Sequence record: NC_054892.1
Direction: 5' to 3' (one strand)
From: Escherichia phage vB_EcoS_PHB17
Length of the DNA stretch: 48,939 bases
This document shows positions 18,363 through 28,617 of the stretch, piece by piece. The notes beneath the pieces were generated by a model. It made no database searches, was not told the origin of the DNA, and was given only the letters and a program-made list of their open reading frames with translations. The first letter of the stretch is position 1. Each line of letters begins with the position of its first letter. The position numbers and the translations under genes are program-made.

Positions 18363-19022
18363 ATGCACCTTCCTAACGGTTCACAAATTTTTATTGAAAG
18401 CACGCGAGCGGCAGAAAAAGAAGTAACTGCCATTACCAATGCAAAGGAACCAGTTGCAAGCATTTCAGACACCGAAGGTCTGGCAAAGGGCGATATTGTG
18501 ATCGTTGTTGCTTCCACCTGGGGAAAGATGCTTGATCGCGTTCTACGAATCAAAGATGTACAGGAAAACCAGAGCGTAACTCTTGATGGTATCGACACAA
18601 CAGATACTAACGTTTTTCCGGCTGGCGCAACTGCAAGCATTGCGAAAATCACCGCGTGGACTGAGATCCCATGTGTTCAGGATCTTTCGCAGGACGGCGG
18701 CGAACAACAGTTTTACACTTACCAGTGTTTGTCCGACGATCAGGAGCAGCAGATCCCGACCTACAAGAGCGCTGTTTCTATGACTTACACTTTTGCGCAC
18801 GAATACGACAACGCAATTTACCCGCTGTTGCGTAAAGCCGATGAATCAGGCGAAGTAACCGCGTTGCGTATGTACGTACCGAAAGCAAAAGAAATGCGCA
18901 TGTGGGCTGGTGTTCTCTCTTTCAACGAGATCCCACAAACCGCAGTTAACGAGATGGAAACCGTTTCCATCTCTTGCTCCCTTAAAGGGCGCTTTACTTT
19001 CCTTCCTGCAACGCAGGGTTAA
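18363..19022 (+). CDS. major tail protein (219 aa)
   Basis: AAGAGG RBS; followed by the strongest terminator in the window then the chaperone genes. Confidence 0.7.
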   Translation: MHLPNGSQIFIESTRAAEKEVTAITNAKEPVASISDTEGLAKGDIVIVVASTWGKMLDRVLRIKDVQENQSVTLDGIDTTDTNVFPAGATASIAKITAWTEIPCVQDLSQDGGEQQFYTYQCLSDDQEQQIPTYKSAVSMTYTFAHEYDNAIYPLLRKADESGEVTALRMYVPKAKEMRMWAGVLSFNEIPQTAVNEMETVSISCSLKGRFTFLPATQG

Positions 19023-19024
19023 CC

Positions 19025-19050
19025 AAAAGGGGCATTGCGCCCCTTTTTTT
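19025..19050 (+). terminator. rho-independent terminator
   Basis: GGGGC-ATTGC-GCCCC flanked by A4 and T7, after major tail protein gene. Confidence 0.85.
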
Positions 19051-19089
19051 ATTGCTGTAGAATCATCCTACCAAAACAAACCAAATCGC

Positions 19090-19108
19090 TTTTAACAAAA
19101 AGTGCTAT
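19090..19108 (-). promoter_or_regulatory. conserved motif copy, reverse orientation
   Basis: TTTTAACAAAAAGTGCTAT on plus strand between major tail terminator and chaperone gene. Confidence 0.4.
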
Positions 19109-19124
19109 TCATGGAGAAATCAAA

Positions 19125-19442
19125 ATGTCTAAATTCAAACTCACCCTTGCCCCGCTTCCAAACTTCAAACTTCCGGTTAAATTTGTAATGCCAGATGGTA
19201 ACGAAGGTTCGATCCTGTTTACGGTTCGCCACCTGAAAGCAAAAGAAGTGCAAGCGATGTATGAATCCGAAAGCGTAGTTACTGATTCTGAATTTATCAT
19301 GAAACTGGCTACTGGTTGGGATCTGGAGGAAGAATTTAACGAGGAGAATGCAAAAACCCTTGTTGAGCTTTACCCTGGTGCGGCGCTTGCCCTGACTGGT
19401 TCCTATCTTTCAGCGCTGGCAGGTCAACGCGTAAAAAACTAA
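19125..19442 (+). CDS. tail assembly chaperone (G-like, 105 aa)
   Basis: ATG 19125 after GGAGAAA; ends with slippery A AAA AAC directly before stop. Confidence 0.75.
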   Translation: MSKFKLTLAPLPNFKLPVKFVMPDGNEGSILFTVRHLKAKEVQAMYESESVVTDSEFIMKLATGWDLEEEFNEENAKTLVELYPGAALALTGSYLSALAGQRVKN

Positions 19443-19756
19443 AACGGGCGGTTTATCTGTTTTACCAGAAGCCGCCCACAGATGCAGAGCTTGAGGCCGT
19501 AGGTTTAACCCGCGCTGATTACGAAGGTGAGGAGCCTCCTGAGATTATCTTTGATGAAAGCATGATGCAATCATGGGATATATTTTGCGCTATGCAAACT
19601 CAATGGCGATCCGCTGGTGCTGGTGCTTACGGCTTTGATTACAATGTTTTGCCTATGTTGTTCAAAATCTATAAAATAGAAGATGAAGAAATGGCATTGA
19701 ATGACTTGCGAATCATGGAAAGCAAAGCGCTTGAAATGATGCACGCGAGCAAATAA
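19125..19756 (+). CDS. tail assembly chaperone G-T fusion made by -1 programmed frameshift
   Basis: Heptamer A AAA AAC at 19433-19439; the -1 frame is open from 19367 to 19756. Confidence 0.6.
19433..19439 (+). other. -1 ribosomal frameshift slippery heptamer AAAAAAC
   Basis: X XXY YYZ in zero frame of chaperone gene, 1 codon before its stop. Confidence 0.65.
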
Positions 19757-19757
19757 C

Positions 19758-19781
19758 AAAGCGCCTACGGGCGCTTTTTTC
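19758..19781 (+). terminator. rho-independent terminator-like hairpin
   Basis: GCGCC-TACG-GGCGC plus T6 between frameshifted chaperone and tape measure genes. Confidence 0.7.
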
Positions 19782-19798
19782 ATATCGGAGGAATAGTT

Positions 19799-22489
19799 AT
19801 GGCGGAACAATACGCGGGAATTTCGTTAGGCGTTGACGTTTCACAAGTCAATAACGCCGTAAAATCCTTGCAGCAGTTCAAACAGGCAAACCACGACGCA
19901 GCAAAAAGCGTTGAGGGCTTTGTTGATCAGGAACAAGTTGCAAAGCAGCGCTCGAAAGAGCTTGCACAAGAGTTGGCAAAACAGCGCAAGGAATTTCAAA
20001 ACATCCAAAACGCGATTGACCCAACGGCGGCTAAAATGGATCGCTTGCGCCAGGCGTCCAAGCAATTAGATAGCCTTTGGAAAAAAGGCATTGTGCCTGA
20101 TAAAGATTTCTTTCAGTTGGGGGAAATCCTTGAGGCTCAAGAATCAAAGCTGCAACGAAACAGAAAGGCGCTAACAGAGGAAGGGCGCGCGGCGCTTGAG
20201 GAGTCAAAGCAGAAAGCCAGGGCAGCAGCAGAGGCGCAAAAATTCATTGCGGCTCTTGAGGCGCAAGCGGCGGCGGCTGGAAAGACTCAAGCCGAACTAA
20301 CGGAAATGAAAGCGGCTCAATTGGGCGTAAGCGCACAGGCAGCGCCATTTATCGCGCAGATGCGAGCGCAGGAAAAGGAAGTTGAAAAGTTAGGAATCTC
20401 AATGGGGCAGTATCGCCAGGCTATGCGAATGCTTCCGGCGCAGATCACAGACGTTGCAACTTCACTTGCTGGCGGTATGCCGATTTGGTTAGTGGCAATC
20501 CAGCAGGGTGGACAGATTAAGGATTCTTTTGGCGGTCTTGTTCCGATGTTCAAGGCGCTTGCAACATTCATCACGCCTTTCAATGTTGGTCTTGCGGCGC
20601 TGGTTGGTACGTTGGGTTATCTGACTTACAACGCGTACAGTTCTAAAAAGGCACTCGATGAGGTATCAAAAACCGTTCAGGATGCAACGGGGCTTTCCGG
20701 CGAGTTCGCGGAAAAGATTTCGTTAGGTGTTCAGGCGTTAGCAGACGCGAGCGGCAAGAGCGCAGATGAGATCGCAAAGGCTTACATTTCCACGAAAGAC
20801 GGCGCACAGGAAGCGATTGAAAAGCTGGTTAACGTTGGCTTTAGCTATGACGAAGCGCGGGAGAAGGTGGAGCAATATAAAAATGCTTCCAGCTTTGTGA
20901 CGCTAAACAATGAGATTGCTGATCATATGAACAAGGTGCTTGAATTGGGTGATTCCTGGTTTGAGGTGCTCAAGAAGAAAAAAGAGTACATTTCACCTAC
21001 TGGCGGCGGCGGTGGCTCCCTGGCTGACAAAGAGTTAGGCCACGTAAACAAGGCTCTTGTTTTTGCGAAACAGACGCACGCCGACATTGCAAAGATCGTG
21101 AAAGACAGCAACGTTGATTTTGCAAAGCGTGCTGGCGAGATTGACAAAACAAACCTTTCCCTAAACCGCTTGCGTGCAGCACAGGAAGCACTAAACAAAG
21201 CGATTGAGGATGAAAAATATGTTGCTCAATCTTCAGACAAGGAGCTAAAGAAAAAGGCGGCTGAAAACGTAGCGTTGCGCCGGAAAGAGCTTGAGGAGTT
21301 ACAGAAACTTGAGCAGAAGAAAGGCAAGACCAAAACGCAGGGCGGGATCACGAAAAGCCCAACAGAACAGCTTGATAAAGAGTTGTACGTTTTGAAAGCG
21401 CAGTTAGAAACGCTGAAAGAGCATCGCACTGTTAACGATGTGATTTCGCGCCAGCGCCAAGCGTTGTGGAGTGTTGAAAAGCAGATCCAGATCTTGCAGG
21501 AAGCGCAAAGCAAACGCGGCCTAACCGCAGCAGAGAAAAAGCTATTGGCGGAACAGCAAAGCGTGCTGGAGTTGTCAAAGCAAAAAGCGGAGTTGGGCGA
21601 TCAAATTTTGATTCAGGAGCGCAAAAACAAACTTGAGCAAAATTCAGTCGATTTTATCCGCGAGACTACCGCAGCGATTGAGGAGCTAAACCTGAAACAA
21701 CAGGGCATGACGGATCAGCAAATTCAGCGCGAGCTTGAGTTGCAAAAAATCCGGTCTGATTACCTTGCGAAAGGCGGAAGCGTTGATGATACAGCGTTGC
21801 AGGACATGATCGCGAAACGCAAGGAGTATTTCGAAATGGAGGATCAGTTACAAGGCAACTGGCTTGCTGGAGCTAAAAAGGCGTTTGCCGATTACGGGCA
21901 GGAAGCAACCAACATGTACGCCAATGTTAACGAAGTCGCTACGGCTGGCCTGAATGGTTTATCGTCGTTAATGACTGACTTCCTGACTACCGGAAAAGCC
22001 AGCTTTAAAGATTTTGCAAGTAGCATCATTAAAATGATTGTTCAGATGATCGCTAAGATGGCAATCTTTAACGCTATTTCCGGCGCGATGGGTGGCAAAA
22101 CATTCTCGTTTTCTGGACTGGCTAAAGGTTATGCTGGAGGGGGTTACACTGGTGATGGCGGAAAGTATGATCCGGCTGGCGTGGTTCACAAAGGTGAATT
22201 TGTATTCACCAAAGAGGCAACACAGAGGATCGGAGCCAAAAACCTTTACCGCTTGATGCGTGGCTACGCTAACGGCGGCAGTGTTGGCGGTTCGGCTCAA
22301 ACGAGAGGCGCGTCGGTTGGCAGTGTTGGATCTCAATTCAATTTCGGTGATATCATGGTTGACGTGAACAACGGCAACGACCCGCGAGGAATGGAAACAG
22401 GGATCAAGATGATTTTCACTGAAATGATTCAACGGGCGTGCTCGCAGGGCGGCGAGGTATATAACTTTGTTAATAGTAAGAGGGGGTAA
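19799..22489 (+). CDS. tail tape measure protein (896 aa)
   Basis: Long coiled-coil-rich ORF after the chaperone pair; Gly-rich C-terminal region. Confidence 0.85.
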   Translation: MAEQYAGISLGVDVSQVNNAVKSLQQFKQANHDAAKSVEGFVDQEQVAKQRSKELAQELAKQRKEFQNIQNAIDPTAAKMDRLRQASKQLDSLWKKGIVPDKDFFQLGEILEAQESKLQRNRKALTEEGRAALEESKQKARAAAEAQKFIAALEAQAAAAGKTQAELTEMKAAQLGVSAQAAPFIAQMRAQEKEVEKLGISMGQYRQAMRMLPAQITDVATSLAGGMPIWLVAIQQGGQIKDSFGGLVPMFKALATFITPFNVGLAALVGTLGYLTYNAYSSKKALDEVSKTVQDATGLSGEFAEKISLGVQALADASGKSADEIAKAYISTKDGAQEAIEKLVNVGFSYDEAREKVEQYKNASSFVTLNNEIADHMNKVLELGDSWFEVLKKKKEYISPTGGGGGSLADKELGHVNKALVFAKQTHADIAKIVKDSNVDFAKRAGEIDKTNLSLNRLRAAQEALNKAIEDEKYVAQSSDKELKKKAAENVALRRKELEELQKLEQKKGKTKTQGGITKSPTEQLDKELYVLKAQLETLKEHRTVNDVISRQRQALWSVEKQIQILQEAQSKRGLTAAEKKLLAEQQSVLELSKQKAELGDQILIQERKNKLEQNSVDFIRETTAAIEELNLKQQGMTDQQIQRELELQKIRSDYLAKGGSVDDTALQDMIAKRKEYFEMEDQLQGNWLAGAKKAFADYGQEATNMYANVNEVATAGLNGLSSLMTDFLTTGKASFKDFASSIIKMIVQMIAKMAIFNAISGAMGGKTFSFSGLAKGYAGGGYTGDGGKYDPAGVVHKGEFVFTKEATQRIGAKNLYRLMRGYANGGSVGGSAQTRGASVGSVGSQFNFGDIMVDVNNGNDPRGMETGIKMIFTEMIQRACSQGGEVYNFVNSKRG

Positions 22490-22491
22490 TA

Positions 22492-22845
22492 ATGGCGGCG
22501 CTTGATGAATTTACATGGTGTACTCAAATTCAAAGTAGCGGCGGCGCAATGACCACGACGAACAACGACAGGGAGGTTGTTTTCGGAAATGGTTACACGC
22601 AAGTTGCATCGTCTGGATTCAATACGGTGCGGCGTGAGTTCTCTATTGCTTACGTTGGACTTGATTACAAAGAAGTGATCGCGTTCATGAATAGCCATAG
22701 GCTCAAGCCGTTTTTGTGGATTACGCCGGACGGCTCACCAGGGCTTTTCCGTGTTAAGTCTGGAAGCGTCGCAGCAACGCCGCTTTCGTCAACCGTTCAG
22801 GAAGTCAAAGCGACTTTCACGGAGCAATTCACCAGCATGAAGTAA
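22492..22845 (+). CDS. minor tail protein (lambda M-like, 117 aa)
   Basis: Size and position after tape measure. Confidence 0.7.
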   Translation: MAALDEFTWCTQIQSSGGAMTTTNNDREVVFGNGYTQVASSGFNTVRREFSIAYVGLDYKEVIAFMNSHRLKPFLWITPDGSPGLFRVKSGSVAATPLSSTVQEVKATFTEQFTSMK

Positions 22846-22847
22846 TC

Positions 22848-22873
22848 AAAGCCGCCTTTGTGCGGCTTTTTTA
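22848..22873 (+). terminator. rho-independent terminator
   Basis: AGCCGC-CTTTGT-GCGGCT plus T6. Confidence 0.8.
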
Positions 22874-22912
22874 TTGGTGCTATAATGCGCACTCAAAAGA
22901 GGAGAAAACGAC

Positions 22913-23668
22913 ATGGCTATAAACTTGAATAAGGATTTCGCCAACTGCTTACAAAGCCTTTACCCTGGCGAGATCATCACACTTGTTGAGGTTGACGGCA
23001 CAAAGTTTGGTGCAAACGTCTACCGATTCCATGCAGAGAATTTGCAGTATACGGCGGAAGAATTAATGATCGCTAAAGAAACTGGCGTTCTACCGTCGAA
23101 AGACATTACTTTCCAGGGTGAGGTATACGGGGCGCGGCCTTTCGGCATTACCGGAATCAGCTTCACCAGTAACGGCAAAGCAGATAAACCACAGTTGACG
23201 CTTTCTAATCTTGATAGCCAGGTTAGCGCGATGATTCGCACATACAATGGCATGATGCAAGCAAAGGTGACAATATGGATCACTTCCGCAGATCTGATGC
23301 AGCCAGACGGAAGCGTTGCCGATGGAGCTTATCGAAAACTGGTTTACTACATTGAGCGCCCGAATTACTGCAATCAGTCAATCGCTCGATTCGATCTCAC
23401 ATCTCCTTATGATATGGATGGAATCATGATCCCGCCGCGCATATCGCAGAGTGTTTGTTATTGGGCGCAACGTGGCTGGTATCGTTCCGGCAAAGGATGC
23501 GCGTATAATGGATCGCGAATGTTCGACAAAGACAACAACCCCGTAACCGATCCAGCGCAGGATTATTGCGCAGGAACAGCGACGTCTTGCAAGTTGCGTT
23601 TTGGTGCGGAGAATGAAATTGATTTCGGCGGTTGCGCCGTTGCTTCACTGTTGAGGAAAAACCAATGA
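22913..23668 (+). CDS. minor tail protein (lambda L-like, 251 aa)
   Basis: Size and position; Cys-rich C-terminus. Confidence 0.7.
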   Translation: MAINLNKDFANCLQSLYPGEIITLVEVDGTKFGANVYRFHAENLQYTAEELMIAKETGVLPSKDITFQGEVYGARPFGITGISFTSNGKADKPQLTLSNLDSQVSAMIRTYNGMMQAKVTIWITSADLMQPDGSVADGAYRKLVYYIERPNYCNQSIARFDLTSPYDMDGIMIPPRISQSVCYWAQRGWYRSGKGCAYNGSRMFDKDNNPVTDPAQDYCAGTATSCKLRFGAENEIDFGGCAVASLLRKNQ

Positions 23669-24390
23669 TTAACGCAAAAATAAAACTTGAAATTATGCGG
23701 CACGCTCAAGACGTTTACCCCCATGAATGTTGCGGCGTGGTTACTCAAAAAAGCAGAGTGCAAAAATACCACAGGATCGATAATGTTCACGCAGACCCTG
23801 AAAATCATTTTGAAATGGATGCGTCAGAATACGCACAGGCGCTTTATAGCGGGGAGCTAATCGCGGTAGTGCATTCACACACTGGCGACGGTGCAACGAC
23901 GCTACCGAGCGCCCACGACACTTGCATTTGTGATGAAATGGGGGTTACGTGGATTATCGTTTCTCTACCAGAGGGAGATATGCGTTTTGTTGAACCGGAA
24001 TCAAGGCCGCTGACTGGTCGCCCCTGGTCGCTTGGTTCATATGATTGTTGGGGTTTGGTTATGGCCTGGCATAAAGAACAAGGCGTGATCCTGAATGATT
24101 TCCGTAAACCTTACGAGTGGTGGAAGCCGGAACACGGCGAGAACCTCTATCAAGATAATTATTTGAAAGAGGGTTTTATCCCTACTGGCAATGAGCCGCA
24201 ACCTGGCGATATGGTGATCATGCAGTTGCAAGCGCCAGTGTGGAACCATGCAGGAATTTACCTGGGTAACAATCAGATATTGCACCACGCATACGGAAAG
24301 TTATCACGCACGGATATTTATTCCGGATGGTATCAAGAGCACACAGTTATGATTTGCAGACATAAGGATCTCAAATATGGAAACAGTTAA
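23665..24390 (+). CDS. tail assembly protein (lambda K-like; JAB/MPN plus NlpC/P60 domains, 241 aa)
   Basis: HECCGVV ... HSHTGDGATTLPSAHD metalloprotease motif, then Cys-His hydrolase region. Confidence 0.8.
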   Translation: MINAKIKLEIMRHAQDVYPHECCGVVTQKSRVQKYHRIDNVHADPENHFEMDASEYAQALYSGELIAVVHSHTGDGATTLPSAHDTCICDEMGVTWIIVSLPEGDMRFVEPESRPLTGRPWSLGSYDCWGLVMAWHKEQGVILNDFRKPYEWWKPEHGENLYQDNYLKEGFIPTGNEPQPGDMVIMQLQAPVWNHAGIYLGNNQILHHAYGKLSRTDIYSGWYQEHTVMICRHKDLKYGNS

Positions 24391-24976
24391 AAAAATCAAA
24401 CTTTCCGGCTCCCTTGGGCGTCGCTTTGGCGTTTTCCATCACTACGCTGTTGATAGTTTTCCAGAGGCAATCCGAGCGCTATCAAGCCAGGTTGAAGGAT
24501 TCAAAGACTACATGCAAAGCGAAGTGGGATCGCGTATGAAGTACGCAATCTTTGTTGATGGCGTCAACGTTGGCGAGCATAATGATAAAGCATGGCAATG
24601 CGGCAAAGAGATTAGGATTTTACCGATCCCGACAGGCTCAAAATCTGGCGGCTTGTTCCAGGTTGTTTTGGGTGCTGCAATTATGGCTACCGCTTTCTTT
24701 ACTGGCGGCGCATCACTGGCGGCGATGGGCGCGTTTTCCTCCTCCGCTTTCATGATGGGCGGCGCAATGGTATTGGGTGGAGCTATGCAAATGATTTCAC
24801 CGCAGCAAGGAGGCTCAATGATGGAAATGCAGAGCGCAGAAAACAAACCATCATACGCTTTCGGCGGCGCAGTCAATACAACGGCAGCAGGTTATCCGAT
24901 CCCGCTCCCGTTTGGCCTGAGAACAAACGGCGGTGCTGTATGGAGCGCCGGAAGTTATGCAGAGGACAAAGTTTAA
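24377..24976 (+). CDS. tail assembly protein (lambda I-like, 199 aa)
   Basis: Position after K-like gene; Gly/Ala-rich hydrophobic C-terminal half. Confidence 0.7.
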   Translation: METVKKIKLSGSLGRRFGVFHHYAVDSFPEAIRALSSQVEGFKDYMQSEVGSRMKYAIFVDGVNVGEHNDKAWQCGKEIRILPIPTGSKSGGLFQVVLGAAIMATAFFTGGASLAAMGAFSSSAFMMGGAMVLGGAMQMISPQQGGSMMEMQSAENKPSYAFGGAVNTTAAGYPIPLPFGLRTNGGAVWSAGSYAEDKV

Positions 24977-24981
24977 TTCTT

Positions 24982-25006
24982 ACCCCGCCTTGCGCGGGGT
25001 TTTTTA
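24982..25006 (+). terminator. rho-independent terminator
   Basis: CCCCGC-CTTGC-GCGGGG plus T6. Confidence 0.8.
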
Positions 25007-25054
25007 CGTCCGTATAATGGGTGAACCGATAAACAGCACAAAAGGTTAAAACAC

Positions 25055-28000
25055 ATGACAAAAAATGTGATAAGCGGCAGTAAGGGCGGCTCCTCAAAAC
25101 CTTACACACCAAAGGAAATGGAAGATAACCTAATCTCCATTAACAAAATCAAAGTTTTGTTGGCTGTTTCAGATGGTGAGTGCGATCCTAATTTCTCACT
25201 GAAAGATCTGTATTTGAATGATGTTCCGGTGATGAATGAGGATGGTTCATTGAACTATCAAGGCGTGACCGCAGAGTTTCGACCAGGCACGCAAGATCAG
25301 CCATATATCCAGGGTTTCACAGACACAGCAAGCGAAATAACCGTTGCGCGTGACATTACCACTACAACGCCTTTTGTAATTCCAGTTACAAACCGCAACC
25401 TTTCTGCAATCAGAATTAAAATGCTGATGCCGCAGGGCGTTAAGGTTGAGAGTAACGGCGACCGCGTAGGCGTTGAAGTAAAATACAAAGTTGAAATGGC
25501 TGTTGATGGCGGAAGCTATAAAGAAGTTTTAGCCGACACATTCACAGGCAAAACAACAAGCGGATATGATCGCAGTCGTCGAATTGACTTACCAGAATTC
25601 AACGATCAAGTTTTGTTGCGCGTTAGTCGTGTAACGCCTGACAGCACAACTGATCGCGTTGTTGATGGAATCAGGATTCAGAGCTATGCGGAAGTAATCG
25701 ACGCGAAGTTTCGTTATCCGCTGACTGGTTTAGTTTACGTTGAATTTGATTCCGAGCTATTCCCGAATCAGATCCCTAACATTTCTATCAAGAAGAAATG
25801 GAAGATAATCAACGTTCCGAGCAACTACGATCCAGAATCGCGCACGTATAGCGGCACATGGAATGGCACATGGAAAAAGGCATGGACAAACAACCCTGCT
25901 TTCATTCTGTATGATTTGATCACCAATCAGCGCTATGGACTAGATCAAAGGGAGTTGGGAATTCCACTGGACAAGTGGAGCATTTACGAGGCCGCGCAGT
26001 ATTGCGATCAGATGGTTCCAGATGGAAAGGGCGGAACGGAACCGCGCTACCTTTGCGACGTTGTTATTCAGAGCCAGATTGAAGCCTATCAGCTTGTTCG
26101 CGACATTTGCTCTATATTCCGTGGCATGACGTTTTGGAACGGCGAAAGCCTTTCGATTGTGGTTGATAGACCGCGCGAGCCGTCTTACATCTTCACAAAC
26201 GACAACGTTGTTAATGGTGATTTTAGCTACACTTTCGCCAGCGAAAAGACGATGTACACGCAATGCAACGTGACATTCGACGATGAGCAAAACATGTACC
26301 AACAGGACGTTGAGGGCGTTTTTGATGTAGAGGCTTCATTACGTTTCGGGCATAACCCAACGAGCATTACAGCCATTGGATGCACTCGACGCAGCGAGGC
26401 AAACCGCCGTGGGCGCTGGATTCTGAAAACCAACTTGCGCAGCACAACGGTTAACTTTGCAACTGGTCTGGAGGGCATGATCCCATCTATCGGGGATGTG
26501 ATCGCGATTGCGGATAACTTCTGGAGCAGCAACTTAACGCTGAATTTATCAGGTCGTTTAATGGAGGTTTCCGGTTTACAGGTTTTCGTTCCGTTTAAGG
26601 TTGATGCACGCGCTGGTGATTTCATCGTGGTTAACAAGCCAGATGGCAAGCCAGTAAAGCGCACCATATCAAGGGTTAGTGCAGACGGTAAAACGTTAGA
26701 GTTAAACGTTGGGTTTGGTTTTGACGTTCAGCCTGACACCGTGTTTGCTATCGACCGCACTGATATTGCATTGCAACAGTATGTTGTAACAACCATCACC
26801 AGGGGCGATAACGAGGAGGAATTCACCTACTCTATAACGGCTGTTGAATACGATCCGAACAAGTACGATGAAATTGATTATGGCGTGAACATTGACGACC
26901 GCCCAACAAGCATTGTGCAACCTGACGTTATGGCAGCACCGGAAAACGTTGTTGTGTCGTCATACTCGCGAATCGTGCAGGGCTTGAGCGTTGAAACGAT
27001 GCACATTAGTTGGGATAAAGTGCCTTACGCATCGCTGTATGAGGTGCAATGGCGCAAGGATAATGGCAACTGGCATAACGTACCGCAGACAGCCAACAAG
27101 GAAACAGAGGTTGAAGGTATTTATGCGGGGGTTTATCACGTTCGCGTGCGTTCAGTTTCGGCGGCTGGTTCGGCTTCTCCCTGGTCTGCGATTGTCACCG
27201 CTTCTCTGACTGGTAAAGTTGGCGAGCCTGGCAAACCGATAAACCTTACGGCGTCAGATAATGAGGTTTTCGGAATTCGTATTAAATGGGGTATGCCAGA
27301 AGGTGCAACCGATACGGCTTACGTTGAATTGCAGCAAGCGCCTAATGCTGGTGATTTACCAGCAGAAGATCAAGCGTCGCTGTTGTCTTTGATTCCGTAC
27401 CCACAGCACGAATATTGGCACAGCATTTTGCCAGCAGGTTTTATCAACTGGTATCGTGTGCGATCTGTTGACAAAATCGGCAACGTTTCCGGCTGGACTG
27501 ACTTTGTGCGCGGAATGGCTTCAACTGAGCTTGATGATATTTTAGGCGATATTTTAGACGATATCTGGAATTCACCAGGCGGCGAGGCAATCAAGGAAAG
27601 CGCGATTGATAACGCGAACAAGATCAAGGATCAGGCGCAAAGCATCATTCATAACGCGCTCGCAAATGATGCGGATATTAAATGGACGCGCAAAGAGAAC
27701 GGCAAGCGTAAAGCGGAATATGGTCACGCACTGGAGTTAATCGCCAATGAAACAGAGGCGCGAGTAACAGCCATTGAGGAACTAAAGGCAAGCATTGGTG
27801 ACGATATTCAAGGACAGATCACAACCATCAAGGAAGCGGTTGCAAATGAGGAGGAGGCGCGAGTAAAAGCAGTTCAAAACCTTGATGCGAAATTTACGAA
27901 AGAGGTTGAAGGTGTTAGGACTGAAACCGCCGCCAGTATCGGCAGGGTTGACCAGGCGATCACGAATGAAGCAGAGGCAAGGGCGCAAGCCGTTAGCTCA

Positions 28001-28615
28001 CTTGATTCTAAATTCACTGGACAAATCAACGGCGTTAAGCAAGATTTGACGTCTAACATTAGCCGAGTGGATCAGGCAATTGCGAATGAGGCTAGCGCGA
28101 GGGCTTCCGCTGACACGGCGTTAAGCACGCGAGTTGGCAACGCAGAAAGCGCGATTTCACAAAAACTTGATTCATGGATCACTGCGAGCGGAGCGGGTGC
28201 GCAATATGCGTTGAAATTGGGATTGACTTACCAGGGCAAACAGTACGATGCGGGAATGGTGCTATCACTGACCGGAAGCGGGAGCGCTGTAAAATCACAA
28301 GTGCTTTTCGATGCGGCGCGGTTCGGCATTCTAACCAAAGTCGGCGGGGCTTACTCATTGCCTTTCGTGGTTGAAAACAACCAAGTATTCATTAACAGTT
28401 TGTTGGTGAAAAACGGCTCAATCACTAACGCTATGATTGGTAACGAGATCAAATCAAACAACTATGTTGCAGGGCAAACCGGATGGAGGCTGGATAAAAA
28501 CGGCAACCTGGAAATCAACGGCAAGACCGGAACCGGACGCTTGACCATCAACAACAACCTGATCCAGATTTATGACGCAAACAACAGATTGCGCGTAAGA
28601 ATGGGATTGTGGTAA
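25055..28615 (+). CDS. tail tip / central fiber protein (lambda J-like, 1186 aa)
   Basis: Very long ORF closing the M-L-K-I-J set; C-terminal coiled-coil repeats. Confidence 0.85.
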   Translation: MTKNVISGSKGGSSKPYTPKEMEDNLISINKIKVLLAVSDGECDPNFSLKDLYLNDVPVMNEDGSLNYQGVTAEFRPGTQDQPYIQGFTDTASEITVARDITTTTPFVIPVTNRNLSAIRIKMLMPQGVKVESNGDRVGVEVKYKVEMAVDGGSYKEVLADTFTGKTTSGYDRSRRIDLPEFNDQVLLRVSRVTPDSTTDRVVDGIRIQSYAEVIDAKFRYPLTGLVYVEFDSELFPNQIPNISIKKKWKIINVPSNYDPESRTYSGTWNGTWKKAWTNNPAFILYDLITNQRYGLDQRELGIPLDKWSIYEAAQYCDQMVPDGKGGTEPRYLCDVVIQSQIEAYQLVRDICSIFRGMTFWNGESLSIVVDRPREPSYIFTNDNVVNGDFSYTFASEKTMYTQCNVTFDDEQNMYQQDVEGVFDVEASLRFGHNPTSITAIGCTRRSEANRRGRWILKTNLRSTTVNFATGLEGMIPSIGDVIAIADNFWSSNLTLNLSGRLMEVSGLQVFVPFKVDARAGDFIVVNKPDGKPVKRTISRVSADGKTLELNVGFGFDVQPDTVFAIDRTDIALQQYVVTTITRGDNEEEFTYSITAVEYDPNKYDEIDYGVNIDDRPTSIVQPDVMAAPENVVVSSYSRIVQGLSVETMHISWDKVPYASLYEVQWRKDNGNWHNVPQTANKETEVEGIYAGVYHVRVRSVSAAGSASPWSAIVTASLTGKVGEPGKPINLTASDNEVFGIRIKWGMPEGATDTAYVELQQAPNAGDLPAEDQASLLSLIPYPQHEYWHSILPAGFINWYRVRSVDKIGNVSGWTDFVRGMASTELDDILGDILDDIWNSPGGEAIKESAIDNANKIKDQAQSIIHNALANDADIKWTRKENGKRKAEYGHALELIANETEARVTAIEELKASIGDDIQGQITTIKEAVANEEEARVKAVQNLDAKFTKEVEGVRTETAASIGRVDQAITNEAEARAQAVSSLDSKFTGQINGVKQDLTSNISRVDQAIANEASARASADTALSTRVGNAESAISQKLDSWITASGAGAQYALKLGLTYQGKQYDAGMVLSLTGSGSAVKSQVLFDAARFGILTKVGGAYSLPFVVENNQVFINSLLVKNGSITNAMIGNEIKSNNYVAGQTGWRLDKNGNLEINGKTGTGRLTINNNLIQIYDANNRLRVRMGLW

Positions 28616-28617
28616 TT

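Noticed and set aside
20317-22432. Several 64-154-aa minus-strand ORFs inside the tape measure gene
   Set aside because: Antisense to a long uninterrupted plus-strand gene.
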